NCBI GenBank assembly: GCA_964461915.1
Contig: CAYWVD010000002.1
Location: 47,789 to 111,788, forward strand
Direction of reading: 5' to 3'
Origin: an uncultured Candidatus Saccharibacteria bacterium
GTDB lineage: Bacteria; Patescibacteriota; Dojkabacteria; B142; OLB20
DNA length: 64,000 nt
Below are positions 48,776-58,190 of the stretch, piece after piece. The number at the start of each line of letters is the position of its first letter. The first letter of the stretch is position 1. A model generated the notes under the pieces. It did not search any database, was not told the DNA's origin, and saw nothing but the letters and a program-made list of their open reading frames with translations. The position numbers and the translations under genes are program-made.

Positions 48776-49235
48776 ATACGAATCACCAAGATTATTAGCT
48801 GCACAGGCTTTACTAAATGGTGTATTATCCCCGAAAGTTTTCGATCTAATTCTAATTGGCTTTCCAGAGTATAATGAAGAAACTACATTGGCTAATTATT
48901 ATGATTTAGTTTTCGGGCAATGTATCGTCCCATATATTTTAAATAACAGCTTAAGAGCTAGAAGTGTTGAGGATTCGATTTGTTTTAGACCTAAAATATT
49001 GGCTGGTAAGTATTGGGGAATCAAAATTTCTCCACCGATGTCTCAGGATTTTGATCTTTATAAGACGGCCTCAGATTTTATCAAGGCTCTAAGTTTTCCA
49101 TTTAAGACTTACTTAGCAAACCCCTTGCCCTTAAGTGAAGCCAGAAAAAGCCTTTTTAATATTTCAGTAGTAGACCCTTATATAAGTCCAGCTGAACTTC
49201 AATTCTATCTTTCGAGTTTAAGAAAACCCCATTGA
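48756..49235 (+). CDS. Hypothetical protein (overlaps the previous ORF by 20 nt in another frame; possibly one frameshifted gene)
   Basis: 159 aa ORF with no motif. Confidence 0.4.
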   Translation: MAIKMYRYESPRLLAAQALLNGVLSPKVFDLILIGFPEYNEETTLANYYDLVFGQCIVPYILNNSLRARSVEDSICFRPKILAGKYWGIKISPPMSQDFDLYKTASDFIKALSFPFKTYLANPLPLSEARKSLFNISVVDPYISPAELQFYLSSLRKPH

Positions 49236-49964
49236 GGGTACTTTAGCTATTGTTAAAGCTCTTCTTACCATTCGGGCCAAATCACCCAACAAATTTAACG
49301 GCCTAACAACTAGGGCCTGAAGTGGCATTTTTCCCTGGTCCCAACTTTCAAAAATTGCCTGTAGGTCTTTTGGTCCTTTTCTGCTCGCAGAATAAGTATT
49401 TAAACAGGCCAATGCATATGAAGAATTTTTTCCATATTCTTTTTCATATTCAGGAACATAAATACCTGCAAAAAGAGGTGTAAGGACACTCATATCTCCA
49501 TTTGGGCGGACGATTACCCCGGTTATTTCCCCGATAGTTTTATATAACACCTTTTGGAAGCCCATAGATTTAAATTCACCCCGGCTATATTCTAAGACAT
49601 CGCATTCCATTTGAGCTAAAACAGGAGCGATAACATCTGATGTATTTATTCGTCTAGCAAAATATTCAACATCAAGAAGTGTGTCATTAATCCCTAACGC
49701 CTTTGCAGTTGGTTTTATTGCAATATTTTGCCATGTTTTTTCAGCAACAGGACAATATGGATCTTTTCCCAGATTATTACCCGGAAAATCCGGAGTAAAA
49801 TATCTAGCTACAGAATCCCCGACAATACTATCCGCTAGCTGTAAGTCTCTTACTCGTTCAGGATCTAATACTTTCAATCCTTTTATATTAATTTGTCCGG
49901 ATTCTATTAATCCCATAATACTTCGTAACCGGAAATTACTGCAACATTTGAACAAAATATCCAA
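49218..49964 (-). CDS. Hypothetical protein
   Basis: 248 aa with no TM and no recognised motif. It is convergent with the two previous ORFs. Confidence 0.45.
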   Translation of the reverse strand: MDILFKCCSNFRLRSIMGLIESGQINIKGLKVLDPERVRDLQLADSIVGDSVARYFTPDFPGNNLGKDPYCPVAEKTWQNIAIKPTAKALGINDTLLDVEYFARRINTSDVIAPVLAQMECDVLEYSRGEFKSMGFQKVLYKTIGEITGVIVRPNGDMSVLTPLFAGIYVPEYEKEYGKNSSYALACLNTYSASRKGPKDLQAIFESWDQGKMPLQALVVRPLNLLGDLARMVRRALTIAKVPSMGFS

Positions 49965-50680
49965 ATTATCAAATCATCTAATGGGTATATATGTCCAGCC
50001 ATATTTAATGGCAATAGGTAATTTCCCGGCCACCACCAATGCCCAATATACATTGAAACGACTTCATGTATTAAATACATACTCCCAAAAATTAATGCGG
50101 GGACTATAAGTCTTTTGAGGATATGCGTCTTAAATTTGATCACCAAAATCATGATGGGTAATATTATAGCCAGCCCAATAATCCAATAATCTAGCTTCAA
50201 TAAATTCTTGTCTATAAAAAACAGCCCAAAAGTTATCCCGAACAAGGCTATGTATATTCCAATCAATATCTTATATCTATTTGAAATCTTCCAATTCCTA
50301 TCCAGATCATAAAAATATTCATAGAATGCCAGCGGGAAAATGATATTCACAAGTCCATACAAAACATTTTCTATAGGAGCGATTTCAAGGATCCTTGGGA
50401 AATCCGAAGCAACATCCCAGCTATTCGTTAATCGAGCTAAAACCTCAACCGGCAAAATGAATAAAATCGATGTCACCCCAAATATTAGTATCTTCTTTGT
50501 TGAATTTTTAAGTCTAGTTAGTGTGAAGATGAGCCCGGGGACATAGACAAGAATAATATTTAACAAATATCCGGGCCTGAATATTAATACCATTAATAAG
50601 CCTAGGATATATAGAGAAATAATTATTAATAAATCTTTATTCTTGCTTTTCTCGAATAAAATTTTGCTTTTATGCTTCAA
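49907..50680 (-). CDS. Polytopic membrane protein with lycopene-cyclase-domain-like motifs
   Basis: About 7 TM helices. Paired PxE/D-type motifs (FILPVEVLARL and IYPLDDLIIW) resemble the CrtYcd lycopene cyclase domain. Confidence 0.35.
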   Translation of the reverse strand: MKHKSKILFEKSKNKDLLIIISLYILGLLMVLIFRPGYLLNIILVYVPGLIFTLTRLKNSTKKILIFGVTSILFILPVEVLARLTNSWDVASDFPRILEIAPIENVLYGLVNIIFPLAFYEYFYDLDRNWKISNRYKILIGIYIALFGITFGLFFIDKNLLKLDYWIIGLAIILPIMILVIKFKTHILKRLIVPALIFGSMYLIHEVVSMYIGHWWWPGNYLLPLNMAGHIYPLDDLIIWIFCSNVAVISGYEVLWD

Positions 50681-50717
50681 TGGGCAGGATTAATATATTG
50701 ATATTAAAGCATATTTT

Positions 50718-51368
50718 TTATGCTTCTAATAGAATAGGATTACCAATAAATTCTAATTTATTACCATTAACAATTACTGCCTCCCCATCTTCTGCCAAAT
50801 ACATTTTTCTTCCCTGTCCTTTATATCTCTCAGTAAAGATATTTTTAATTTTTTCAAAATCCTCTTCCAGAAAATGCGGATAAAATTCGAAATCGACCAA
50901 GTCCAGTCCCGGTATAACCGAAGCCCCCGGCTCTTCTTCGCCAAGATACCATTCGGCTAAATCTGAATATCTCGAAGTTACCATAGATCCGGCACTGGAC
51001 CCAACATAAAGTATATCGGAATTTAAAACATCTTTGATATTTTGATCGATCTTAGTTCTTCGAAGCCAGTAAAGAAGATATCCCGGCATTCCGCCACCCA
51101 TCCAAATAATATCCGAAGATTTTAAAATTCTTAGGACTTCGTCCGAATCATTCTTGTAATCTTCCAACTGCAAAGTAGTCAAATCCACACCCAGTCCTTG
51201 CAAAACCGGGAGAGTTTCGCTTTGAGTCTTCCACAAACCATAATCTATTTCTCCATTTGATGCAGTGGGGATAAAAACAACTTTCTTACCATTAAATCCG
51301 CCGACCATTTTACTTATTGCCTCAATCATCAATGGATGTCTGCCAGTTGAAGCTAAGAATATTTTCAT
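50718..51368 (-). CDS. Peptidase E / S51-family dipeptidase
   Basis: KIFLASTG...KKVVFIPTAS...WMGGG...YVGSSAGSMV, with the Ser nucleophile in a GSSAG context. The start is taken at MKIFL. Confidence 0.7.
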   Translation of the reverse strand: MKIFLASTGRHPLMIEAISKMVGGFNGKKVVFIPTASNGEIDYGLWKTQSETLPVLQGLGVDLTTLQLEDYKNDSDEVLRILKSSDIIWMGGGMPGYLLYWLRRTKIDQNIKDVLNSDILYVGSSAGSMVTSRYSDLAEWYLGEEEPGASVIPGLDLVDFEFYPHFLEEDFEKIKNIFTERYKGQGRKMYLAEDGEAVIVNGNKLEFIGNPILLEA

Positions 51369-51474
51369 AATTGTATTTTGAAAAGTATAATCACAATATA
51401 TCAATAATACCGCAAAAAGGGCAAAGACTTAATGTCTTTGCCCTTGATGATCTTTGGTTAAAACTTTTAACCCC

Positions 51475-52857
51475 CTAGCTCTTTAAAAGCTTTATCCTTG
51501 TCTGAATCGCGATAGCGATCAATGCTACTACCCCAACTAACATTAACAATACTGAATATTCAGGGATTGTAACGACTAGCGGGAAGAATCCCAGGAATAA
51601 AATAAGCATAGGAATACCAATTTTGTTGGCAAATTTGAAATCTGTTAGCTTACCGATCAAGTAGTACATCAATGCTCCAACTATGATCCATGCAATTAAA
51701 AAAGCTAAGTATAGAGGCATTGAATAAAAGCCTACATTGGCTACGGATGCGAACACTTCCATAGTTGGGTCAATTGTGAATCCGGAAATGTAATGCATTA
51801 AAGGGAAGAATACTGTAAATAAAACAGAAATCAATCCAATGTCGAAAATGGTAAATCTCTTTGAGAATTTATATGCCAAGTAGCAAAGGATCGACATAAA
51901 GACAAAGTAAACCGGAGTCATTACAAAATAGACTCTGGACACTTGTTCTGATGGATTTAATTTGTCTCCAATACTGACATTTATTGCTGGTTTTGAATAA
52001 AGATTTTCTTTATCCCATAATAGTTGGACTGAATTATCACCGAAAACTCTTTCGCTGACTGATAAGCCATTAACTACATTGTAGGCTCTAGTTCCGTTTA
52101 TTGTTAGGTCAAATTTGAAATCCTGCGATCTCTTTGAATTTTCGATACCATCATATTGGAAATATGACAATCCTACAGTATCGTAACTGACCTCGACAGT
52201 AAATTCTTTTTTAGGTTCAACTTTTCCTGTCCATAGAAGGACATTGGTTACTTCTTCGATATAGGTATAGCTATTTGTAGCCGAACTTGTTGATTTCGCG
52301 TCTGTAATTTCTTTTCCATCAACAATCAACTTGGCATTAGAAATTTCCCCGATACCATAATTTGATGGTAAGGGAAATTCAAATTTCACAAAAGATTCTA
52401 CATCACTTGAATTCTCAAGAATAAATTTCCCTGCGAATGCAGTTTTATAGCTGGGTTGATACACTAGCCCCTTTTTAACATAATCTGTTGTAAGAACCAC
52501 TTTGGCATCAGTTGCTTTTAAAAAGGTATTATCAAGGGACTTCCTAATAATGTCGGGAGTTAGACTATTATTGATGTAAAAACTGTCGCTCGCATCAATT
52601 TCTTTTAAAATTGGCGAACTTTGTTTTAATGGCCCTCTATAGATTTGAGAAACTTCACTGTAATTTTGTTCTGAAATGTCGTCCCTAAAATTTACAACAC
52701 CGAGCATAAAGAGTGAAAAAACTCCAATTAGAACTGTAAATAGAATTATCGAGACGAGGTACTGAACAAAAATTGCGGTCTTGGATTGGGGCCCTTTTGC
52801 AGTTTCACCAGGTTTGGATTTTGAAGCATCCTCTGGTTTTACTTCACTTTCTTTCAT
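51475..52857 (-). CDS. Hypothetical membrane protein (N-terminal TM, ~250-aa extracytoplasmic domain, C-terminal 4-5 TM bundle)
   Basis: Based on the hydropathy pattern. No recognised motif. Confidence 0.5.
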   Translation of the reverse strand: MKESEVKPEDASKSKPGETAKGPQSKTAIFVQYLVSIILFTVLIGVFSLFMLGVVNFRDDISEQNYSEVSQIYRGPLKQSSPILKEIDASDSFYINNSLTPDIIRKSLDNTFLKATDAKVVLTTDYVKKGLVYQPSYKTAFAGKFILENSSDVESFVKFEFPLPSNYGIGEISNAKLIVDGKEITDAKSTSSATNSYTYIEEVTNVLLWTGKVEPKKEFTVEVSYDTVGLSYFQYDGIENSKRSQDFKFDLTINGTRAYNVVNGLSVSERVFGDNSVQLLWDKENLYSKPAINVSIGDKLNPSEQVSRVYFVMTPVYFVFMSILCYLAYKFSKRFTIFDIGLISVLFTVFFPLMHYISGFTIDPTMEVFASVANVGFYSMPLYLAFLIAWIIVGALMYYLIGKLTDFKFANKIGIPMLILFLGFFPLVVTIPEYSVLLMLVGVVALIAIAIQTRIKLLKS

Positions 52858-52950
52858 AAAAGTGCGAATAAAAAATAATATACAATATATGTTTCAAACG
52901 GTGTACATGTGGGGAATATTACATTTTAGAGCCAAAGCTAGTAAGAAGTT

Positions 52951-53694
52951 TTAAGGGCCAAACATATAAACATGCTTGTTGGGAAAGACTCTTCCCCATA
53001 ATTTTAGATTATATATACCGGTAGGGTTAGGATACCATTCGGAGTGCAAGTTTGTTTCAATATGATTAAATCGCAAACCTGCTTCTACGATTTTTTCCCC
53101 AAATATTTTTGCTTCAAGATCGCTATATGTAGTAACTAAAGCATGTCCCCCATTTCCTGTCACCTGACCCGTGAGGTTCAAAAGTGCGTCTATTAATGGG
53201 TAATTAATTTGTAATGGGACACCTTTTACAACCTCATCGATAGCATCAGGCGGCATTAATGAAGGCGAACCCTCTACCTTCATTTCCGCAATAAATACAT
53301 CTAAAGCGACTACTAAATCTGGGACGACATGATTTCCTTGTAGATATCCCTGAAGACTATCGCTAAATAATTCAGTACGGGAATAATGTTTTGGGAATGC
53401 TATAGTATTTTCACTTGGGGCTGGATCAACTACGGTAAGATTTGGAAGCAATCCATTATCTACCCTGCTTGATTTATCACGATCTAGAAGTTTTCGCAAG
53501 TGAAGCAACTCATAAGCCTGACCTGGACCGACATCTAAAACATTTTTATTTGGAAAATCTCTTTTCTGTATACTAAAACCCTGTCTATCGTAAAAGAAAA
53601 CTTGTTCAAAAAGGCTTTCAATCCAACGAGTACCGGCGGCAATTTTTCCTGTGTGCGTATCATTTCCCACCCAAATTGGTTGTTGCTTTTCCAC
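52951..53694 (-). CDS. Hypothetical protein, possibly a SAM-dependent methyltransferase-like fold
   Basis: VLDVGPGQAY resembles methyltransferase motif I. Local GC appears elevated. Confidence 0.4.
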   Translation of the reverse strand: MEKQQPIWVGNDTHTGKIAAGTRWIESLFEQVFFYDRQGFSIQKRDFPNKNVLDVGPGQAYELLHLRKLLDRDKSSRVDNGLLPNLTVVDPAPSENTIAFPKHYSRTELFSDSLQGYLQGNHVVPDLVVALDVFIAEMKVEGSPSLMPPDAIDEVVKGVPLQINYPLIDALLNLTGQVTGNGGHALVTTYSDLEAKIFGEKIVEAGLRFNHIETNLHSEWYPNPTGIYNLKLWGRVFPNKHVYMFGP

Positions 53695-53749
53695 GCACCG
53701 ATTATATCATGGCAATATACTTTTTGGGGATAAATTTCGCTTTTTATAC

Positions 53750-54121
53750 CTAATTACCCTTAGGTAATGCTTCGCAGGCTTCTCCATCGTTGTCGCCGTC
53801 TAGACCATTAGTGTCTTGGCTAGGGCCACCGGCATTTTTAAAGAAAGTTTGTGCTTGTTCTTTGGTTGTGAAGTCATCACAGTTATATTCGTCAGTATAC
53901 TTTCCGCCACTTTCTACAACGTTTCCATTGATGTCTCGCATTACTTTAGAATTCTCCCATGATTCACCGCTTAATAGCTTACCGATATCCCAATCGTTGT
54001 TTGTAGATTCCAATCCAAGGGCCGCTAAAAGGATGACTAAAATACCGCCAAAAACCCAAGTTAAGATTTTTTTAACTTTAGGGCTAGAATTAGCTAATTG
54101 TTTTAGTTTTGGAATTGCCAT
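53750..54121 (-). CDS. Secreted Excalibur (extracellular Ca-binding) domain protein
   Basis: It has an N-terminal signal/TM and the C-terminal Excalibur signature DGDNDGEACE (DxDxDGxxCE). Confidence 0.65.
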   Translation of the reverse strand: MAIPKLKQLANSSPKVKKILTWVFGGILVILLAALGLESTNNDWDIGKLLSGESWENSKVMRDINGNVVESGGKYTDEYNCDDFTTKEQAQTFFKNAGGPSQDTNGLDGDNDGEACEALPKGN

Positions 54122-54336
54122 AATTATTTATAAAACAGAATAAAATAAATAAGCTACAACTAAGATCAGTAAGATGATTACCACCAATCTGACTATTTTA
54201 TTTCCTGTAATTTTATTCATTTATTAAACTATAATAGTTAATTTTATAATGCCCTTTGAGTATTTAAAAGTCAAGGGAACCAATATATTCACAGGACAAG
54301 TTTTCACTTGAAGTGTTGGTACTTAAACTGTAAAAT

Positions 54337-54609
54337 TTGAGTATGAAAATTTTGAAATATTTATTAGCAATATCATTAGGTTTGTTGGGAAATATTGCCC
54401 CCATTTCGGCCATGGGCGTTTCTACCTTTGTCTCCCTATATGGTATGGCTCCTATTCGTGTGGCCTCTGATTTAGATTTTATTCATGAATTAATTTTAAA
54501 GATAGTGTTGTTTCTGTTCTTTATTGCTGCATTTATTACCGGTATAATAGTTTTAATAAAGCGCAGATCAAAGAAACCAGTCTCAAAAAATACTAAAATT
54601 AAAAAGTAA
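54337..54609 (+). CDS. Small membrane-anchored peptide, paralog A (signal peptide, LYGMxP motif, TM, KK-rich tail)
   Basis: 90 aa. It is paralogous to the next ORF. Both share LYGM.P and LFFIAxxITGxxV. Confidence 0.5.
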   Translation: MSMKILKYLLAISLGLLGNIAPISAMGVSTFVSLYGMAPIRVASDLDFIHELILKIVLFLFFIAAFITGIIVLIKRRSKKPVSKNTKIKK

Positions 54610-54616
54610 TTTCTTT

Positions 54617-54895
54617 ATGAAAAAGAAAAATCTTATTAAATACTTAGTTGCCTTTGTCTTAGTGTTTATCTCTAACTTTGGAGTTGTTTCAGCTGGCAGC
54701 GCTTTGCCAACAATGATCCTTCTGTATGGAATGCAACCAACTTATGTACCGGTTAACGAAGGCATACTACAACTAGTTCAATTTAGATTATTTATCTTCT
54801 TATTCTTTATAGCCTCACTCATCACGGGAGTAGTTGTTTTCTTTACGCGTAAATACAAAAGTAACAATAAAAAGAATGCTAAAAAAAATCCTTAA
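54617..54895 (+). CDS. Small membrane-anchored peptide, paralog B
   Basis: 92 aa with the same architecture as 54337..54609 (LLYGMQPTYVPV, FLFFIASLITGVVVFF, and a KK tail). Confidence 0.5.
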   Translation: MKKKNLIKYLVAFVLVFISNFGVVSAGSALPTMILLYGMQPTYVPVNEGILQLVQFRLFIFLFFIASLITGVVVFFTRKYKSNNKKNAKKNP

Positions 54896-55949
54896 ACTCG
54901 GGAGACAAAAACTCTGGACAGTCCACAGAGACTTAATAATTGACAAACACGATTTAAGTTATCTGTTTTGGGAAGCTACCCTTAATTGTAACTTCCGTTG
55001 TAAACATTGTGGAAGTCGCGCAGGAGAAAAAGTTTTCAAAGAAGTCGTTTCAACTGAAAAAATTAAGGAAGCATTTTTGGATGTCTCAAAGAACTTTGAA
55101 GCCAAAACAATAAATATTGCTGTAACTGGCGGTGAACCGCTTTTAAGAAAGGATCTTTTCGAAGTCATGAAATATGCAAGATCCCTTGGATTCCACTGGG
55201 GAATGGTTTCTAATGGCTTTCTTTGGACCGAAGAATTTATTGAAAAAGCTAAAGACGCAGGAATGGAAACAATTGATATAAGTATTGACGGGATTGGTCA
55301 AATACATGATGAATTCAGAAATACAAAAGACGCTTATAAAAGAGCGATTAATGCCGTTAAACTATTAGCAAAAGGCCAATTCTTAAAACACCTTCGGATC
55401 TCTACGACTGTTCACAAAAAAAATATCGATTCTTTAGAATATATGTACAATGAATTTAAAAATTTAGGAATTACCGGCTGGAGACTCATCCATGTTGATC
55501 CAATAGGCAGAGGTTTTTGCAATAAAGAAATTCTATTATCAAAGGACGAAACTATCAAAATGCTTGATTTTATTGTAAAAAAAAGAAAAGAAAAATCGCC
55601 CGTCAAATTAAGCACAAGCTGTGCGCACTTTCTTGGAGAAGACTACGAAGACGAAGTAAGAGATCATTTCTTTTTTTGCGCAACAGGAATAAATGTTGGA
55701 AGCATCCTACATAATGGAGACATTTTTGTTTGTCCGAATGTTCCAAGACGTAAAGAATATATCCAAGGCAATATATTAAAAGATTCTTTCTCTGAAATTT
55801 GGAATAACAAATTTCAAATTTTCCGGGATAAAAATCGTTTATTAAATGATAAATGTAAAGACTGTGAGCACTGGGAAGAGTGTTTAGGTGGAGCTTTCCA
55901 CACCTTTGACCCCGACGATAAAAAACAACAAGTTTGCTTGATGGATTAG
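54876..55949 (+). CDS. Radical SAM enzyme with a C-terminal SPASM domain
   Basis: CNFRCKHCGS is the Cx3Cx2C motif near the N-terminus. The C-terminal Cys cluster (CAHF...FFFCATG...FVCPN...CKDCEHWEECLGGAFH) is typical of SPASM/twitch auxiliary clusters. The start is taken at MLKKIL. Confidence 0.8.
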   Translation: MLKKILKLGRQKLWTVHRDLIIDKHDLSYLFWEATLNCNFRCKHCGSRAGEKVFKEVVSTEKIKEAFLDVSKNFEAKTINIAVTGGEPLLRKDLFEVMKYARSLGFHWGMVSNGFLWTEEFIEKAKDAGMETIDISIDGIGQIHDEFRNTKDAYKRAINAVKLLAKGQFLKHLRISTTVHKKNIDSLEYMYNEFKNLGITGWRLIHVDPIGRGFCNKEILLSKDETIKMLDFIVKKRKEKSPVKLSTSCAHFLGEDYEDEVRDHFFFCATGINVGSILHNGDIFVCPNVPRRKEYIQGNILKDSFSEIWNNKFQIFRDKNRLLNDKCKDCEHWEECLGGAFHTFDPDDKKQQVCLMD

Positions 55950-55951
55950 TT

Positions 55952-57373
55952 CTAATTAGATTTAGATTTTTTTGCATCGATGCGTTGATCGGTAGTTATT
56001 TTTTGAGTAAAGAATCTTTGTTGAGGGTCTAGATTAGGAGGCTTCCCCATTGATAAAAGAGCCTCGTCAGTTAAATAATATGTAACAGAAAAACTCTGTG
56101 GAGATTCTAAAAATACTTTAAGATCGTTAACTAATTTTTGCAACCTTTCTATACCCAAACTTGTTCCTGCTAGTTCAAAGGTATTAGAAAAATTAGCGAC
56201 TGGAATAACATCTTCACCCTGTTTCGATGGCAAAGAAATCTGAAAATAACTTAGGGTTACACTCTCATTATCAATATTATTTAAGCGTTCAGTTCTTTCT
56301 ACAAACTTGATATAAAACGACGGCTTTTCAGGATCTTTGCTTGGTACTTCAATTGTCATTATTCCACGCATATTAGGGATACTCTCTTGAATTTTACTTT
56401 TTAATATACTCAGTAGATCCATCACTTCAAAATTTATTTCAGCAGGAATTACAGAAAAATTTTTTCCTTCTCTTCCTGGAATACCAACTTCAATTCCTTC
56501 TGTCACATCAACTATTTTTTTGTCAGCAAAAACCCTTCCCATTAATAAAAATCCTAACCTATCACTTAATCGATAATCTTCTATTGGTGGCTTTCTATCA
56601 GACACTGCTTCATTTACCGGTATTGGACTTGCTGAAAGTTTAATTTTATTCGTACCATTTATACCTGTTAATGTTCCCGAATATCTACTCAAAACAAACG
56701 GTTTCTTACCAGGGGAGATAGCTTGTACTGATAATGTGACCTCATTACTAGCACTTTCAGTAATCACAACCTCGGTAGCACTAAACTCAACTAACAAATC
56801 ATCATGAAATTGTAAATGTGAATTTGGAATAAAAAAACGACTTTCATACTTCTCTGGTTCTTTTGTATTTGGATTGATGTTCATTACCTGTCTAATTGAG
56901 AAGCCATCGCCTAGGTCGGTATCTCTGACAATAGATAGTATCGGCCTTTTCCTTACAGGCCCAACTAAATTAAATGTTATCGATTCCAAATTGGGGTCTT
57001 CTGGAACTAATGTTATCCCATAACCATTGTTTGTAAGATAGCGTTTATATTTTATATCACCAATATCAACCACGCTGACCTCTTGGACATTACCATTAGG
57101 GCTATTTCCATCCTGAAATTCCTTTACTCCAAAACCATTTTCCAAATAAGAAAAGTTAGCAAGTAATTGTCCACTTGTATCTATAGACTCAAACAATCCT
57201 TTATATTGAGTAATATCTCTTCTAAATAAACCTCCTGGGACAGTGGGAATTATATCACCCAGGGGTTTTCCACTTACTAAATCTATTAAAGGTAAATTAT
57301 CCTGAATAGGAGAAACATACTCTGTTGAAAGTCTTGCATCAACTACACCTTCAATATTTATTGGTTGAATCAT
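55952..57373 (-). CDS. Hypothetical soluble 473-aa protein
   Basis: A long ORF with no TM, no signal peptide and no motif I can name. Confidence 0.5.
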   Translation of the reverse strand: MIQPINIEGVVDARLSTEYVSPIQDNLPLIDLVSGKPLGDIIPTVPGGLFRRDITQYKGLFESIDTSGQLLANFSYLENGFGVKEFQDGNSPNGNVQEVSVVDIGDIKYKRYLTNNGYGITLVPEDPNLESITFNLVGPVRKRPILSIVRDTDLGDGFSIRQVMNINPNTKEPEKYESRFFIPNSHLQFHDDLLVEFSATEVVITESASNEVTLSVQAISPGKKPFVLSRYSGTLTGINGTNKIKLSASPIPVNEAVSDRKPPIEDYRLSDRLGFLLMGRVFADKKIVDVTEGIEVGIPGREGKNFSVIPAEINFEVMDLLSILKSKIQESIPNMRGIMTIEVPSKDPEKPSFYIKFVERTERLNNIDNESVTLSYFQISLPSKQGEDVIPVANFSNTFELAGTSLGIERLQKLVNDLKVFLESPQSFSVTYYLTDEALLSMGKPPNLDPQQRFFTQKITTDQRIDAKKSKSN

Positions 57374-57413
57374 GTTTTCTGTATTGCGTTTTTAAACCAA
57401 TCTGATTGATTTA

Positions 57414-57941
57414 CTACCACAATTGGGGCCAAATTATCGCATCTAGTACCAATGTATGAAAGGTAAACCAAATCATAGAAATCAATGCTGAATAATAGAA
57501 AAAGCCCTTTGTCTTTGGAGCTGTCTTCCATAAAACAATTGCAACACCAAATGAAGCAAGCCCAACTATGGCAAGTACTAGCCTAATTGCTACCCACAAC
57601 AATGGTGATGGATTTGCGACCATCAGATTTACTAATGGCATCCAAAGAGCCGATGCTCCAAGGATTAAGGAAAATAATATCAATATCATCTTTTCGCTAT
57701 ACTTGAATTCTCTTGAAAACCTTTTTCCGGTAAGATTTGACATTATATAGCCAAAAAAGACGAAATATCCAACTGCGCAAACCAACATTGACATTGTATA
57801 TACTGGACGGATATTCTCAGGAACCCCACCCCATAAGACTTCTACTCCACTACCACCCTGGAGCCCAAGATAGTAACTACCTAGTACCAAAATTCCACCG
57901 ACAATATTTATTGCCAAGAAAATCTTTTGATTTAACTTCAT
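57414..57941 (-). CDS. Hypothetical 4-5 TM membrane protein
   Basis: 175 aa, hydrophobic. Confidence 0.5.
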   Translation of the reverse strand: MKLNQKIFLAINIVGGILVLGSYYLGLQGGSGVEVLWGGVPENIRPVYTMSMLVCAVGYFVFFGYIMSNLTGKRFSREFKYSEKMILILFSLILGASALWMPLVNLMVANPSPLLWVAIRLVLAIVGLASFGVAIVLWKTAPKTKGFFYYSALISMIWFTFHTLVLDAIIWPQLW

Positions 57942-58006
57942 TTTTAAATTGTTTAAAAATTTAAGGTCTTAGAGTTCCTCCAAAAACCTGCCATGCTAGC
58001 AAAGAT

Positions 58007-58190
58007 TTAGCGACCAAACTTAAGATTATATAAACACGTTCTCCAAAAAGGTAGTCCTTCCAGGGACCAATCTTTTTGTACTGAAGAACCATATTTACGG
58101 CAAATATAAATTCCAGATGCATTATTATTCACATATTCACCCGTAAAAGGCGCTTCAGTGCCTTTATCAATTATTACTCTTTTTTCTTCC
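58007..58190 (-). pseudogene. msrB: Truncated N-terminal remnant of a methionine sulfoxide reductase B (MsrB/SelR) gene
   Basis: [33 protein letters not shown]...KDWSLEGLPFW matches the MsrB N-terminus (LTPEEY.VtrekGTErpFtGey...GiYvC...KFdSGtGWPSF). It stops about 70 aa short of the catalytic C-terminal Cys. The upstream part of the listed ORF runs into a GC-rich, non-coding-looking element. Confidence 0.45.
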
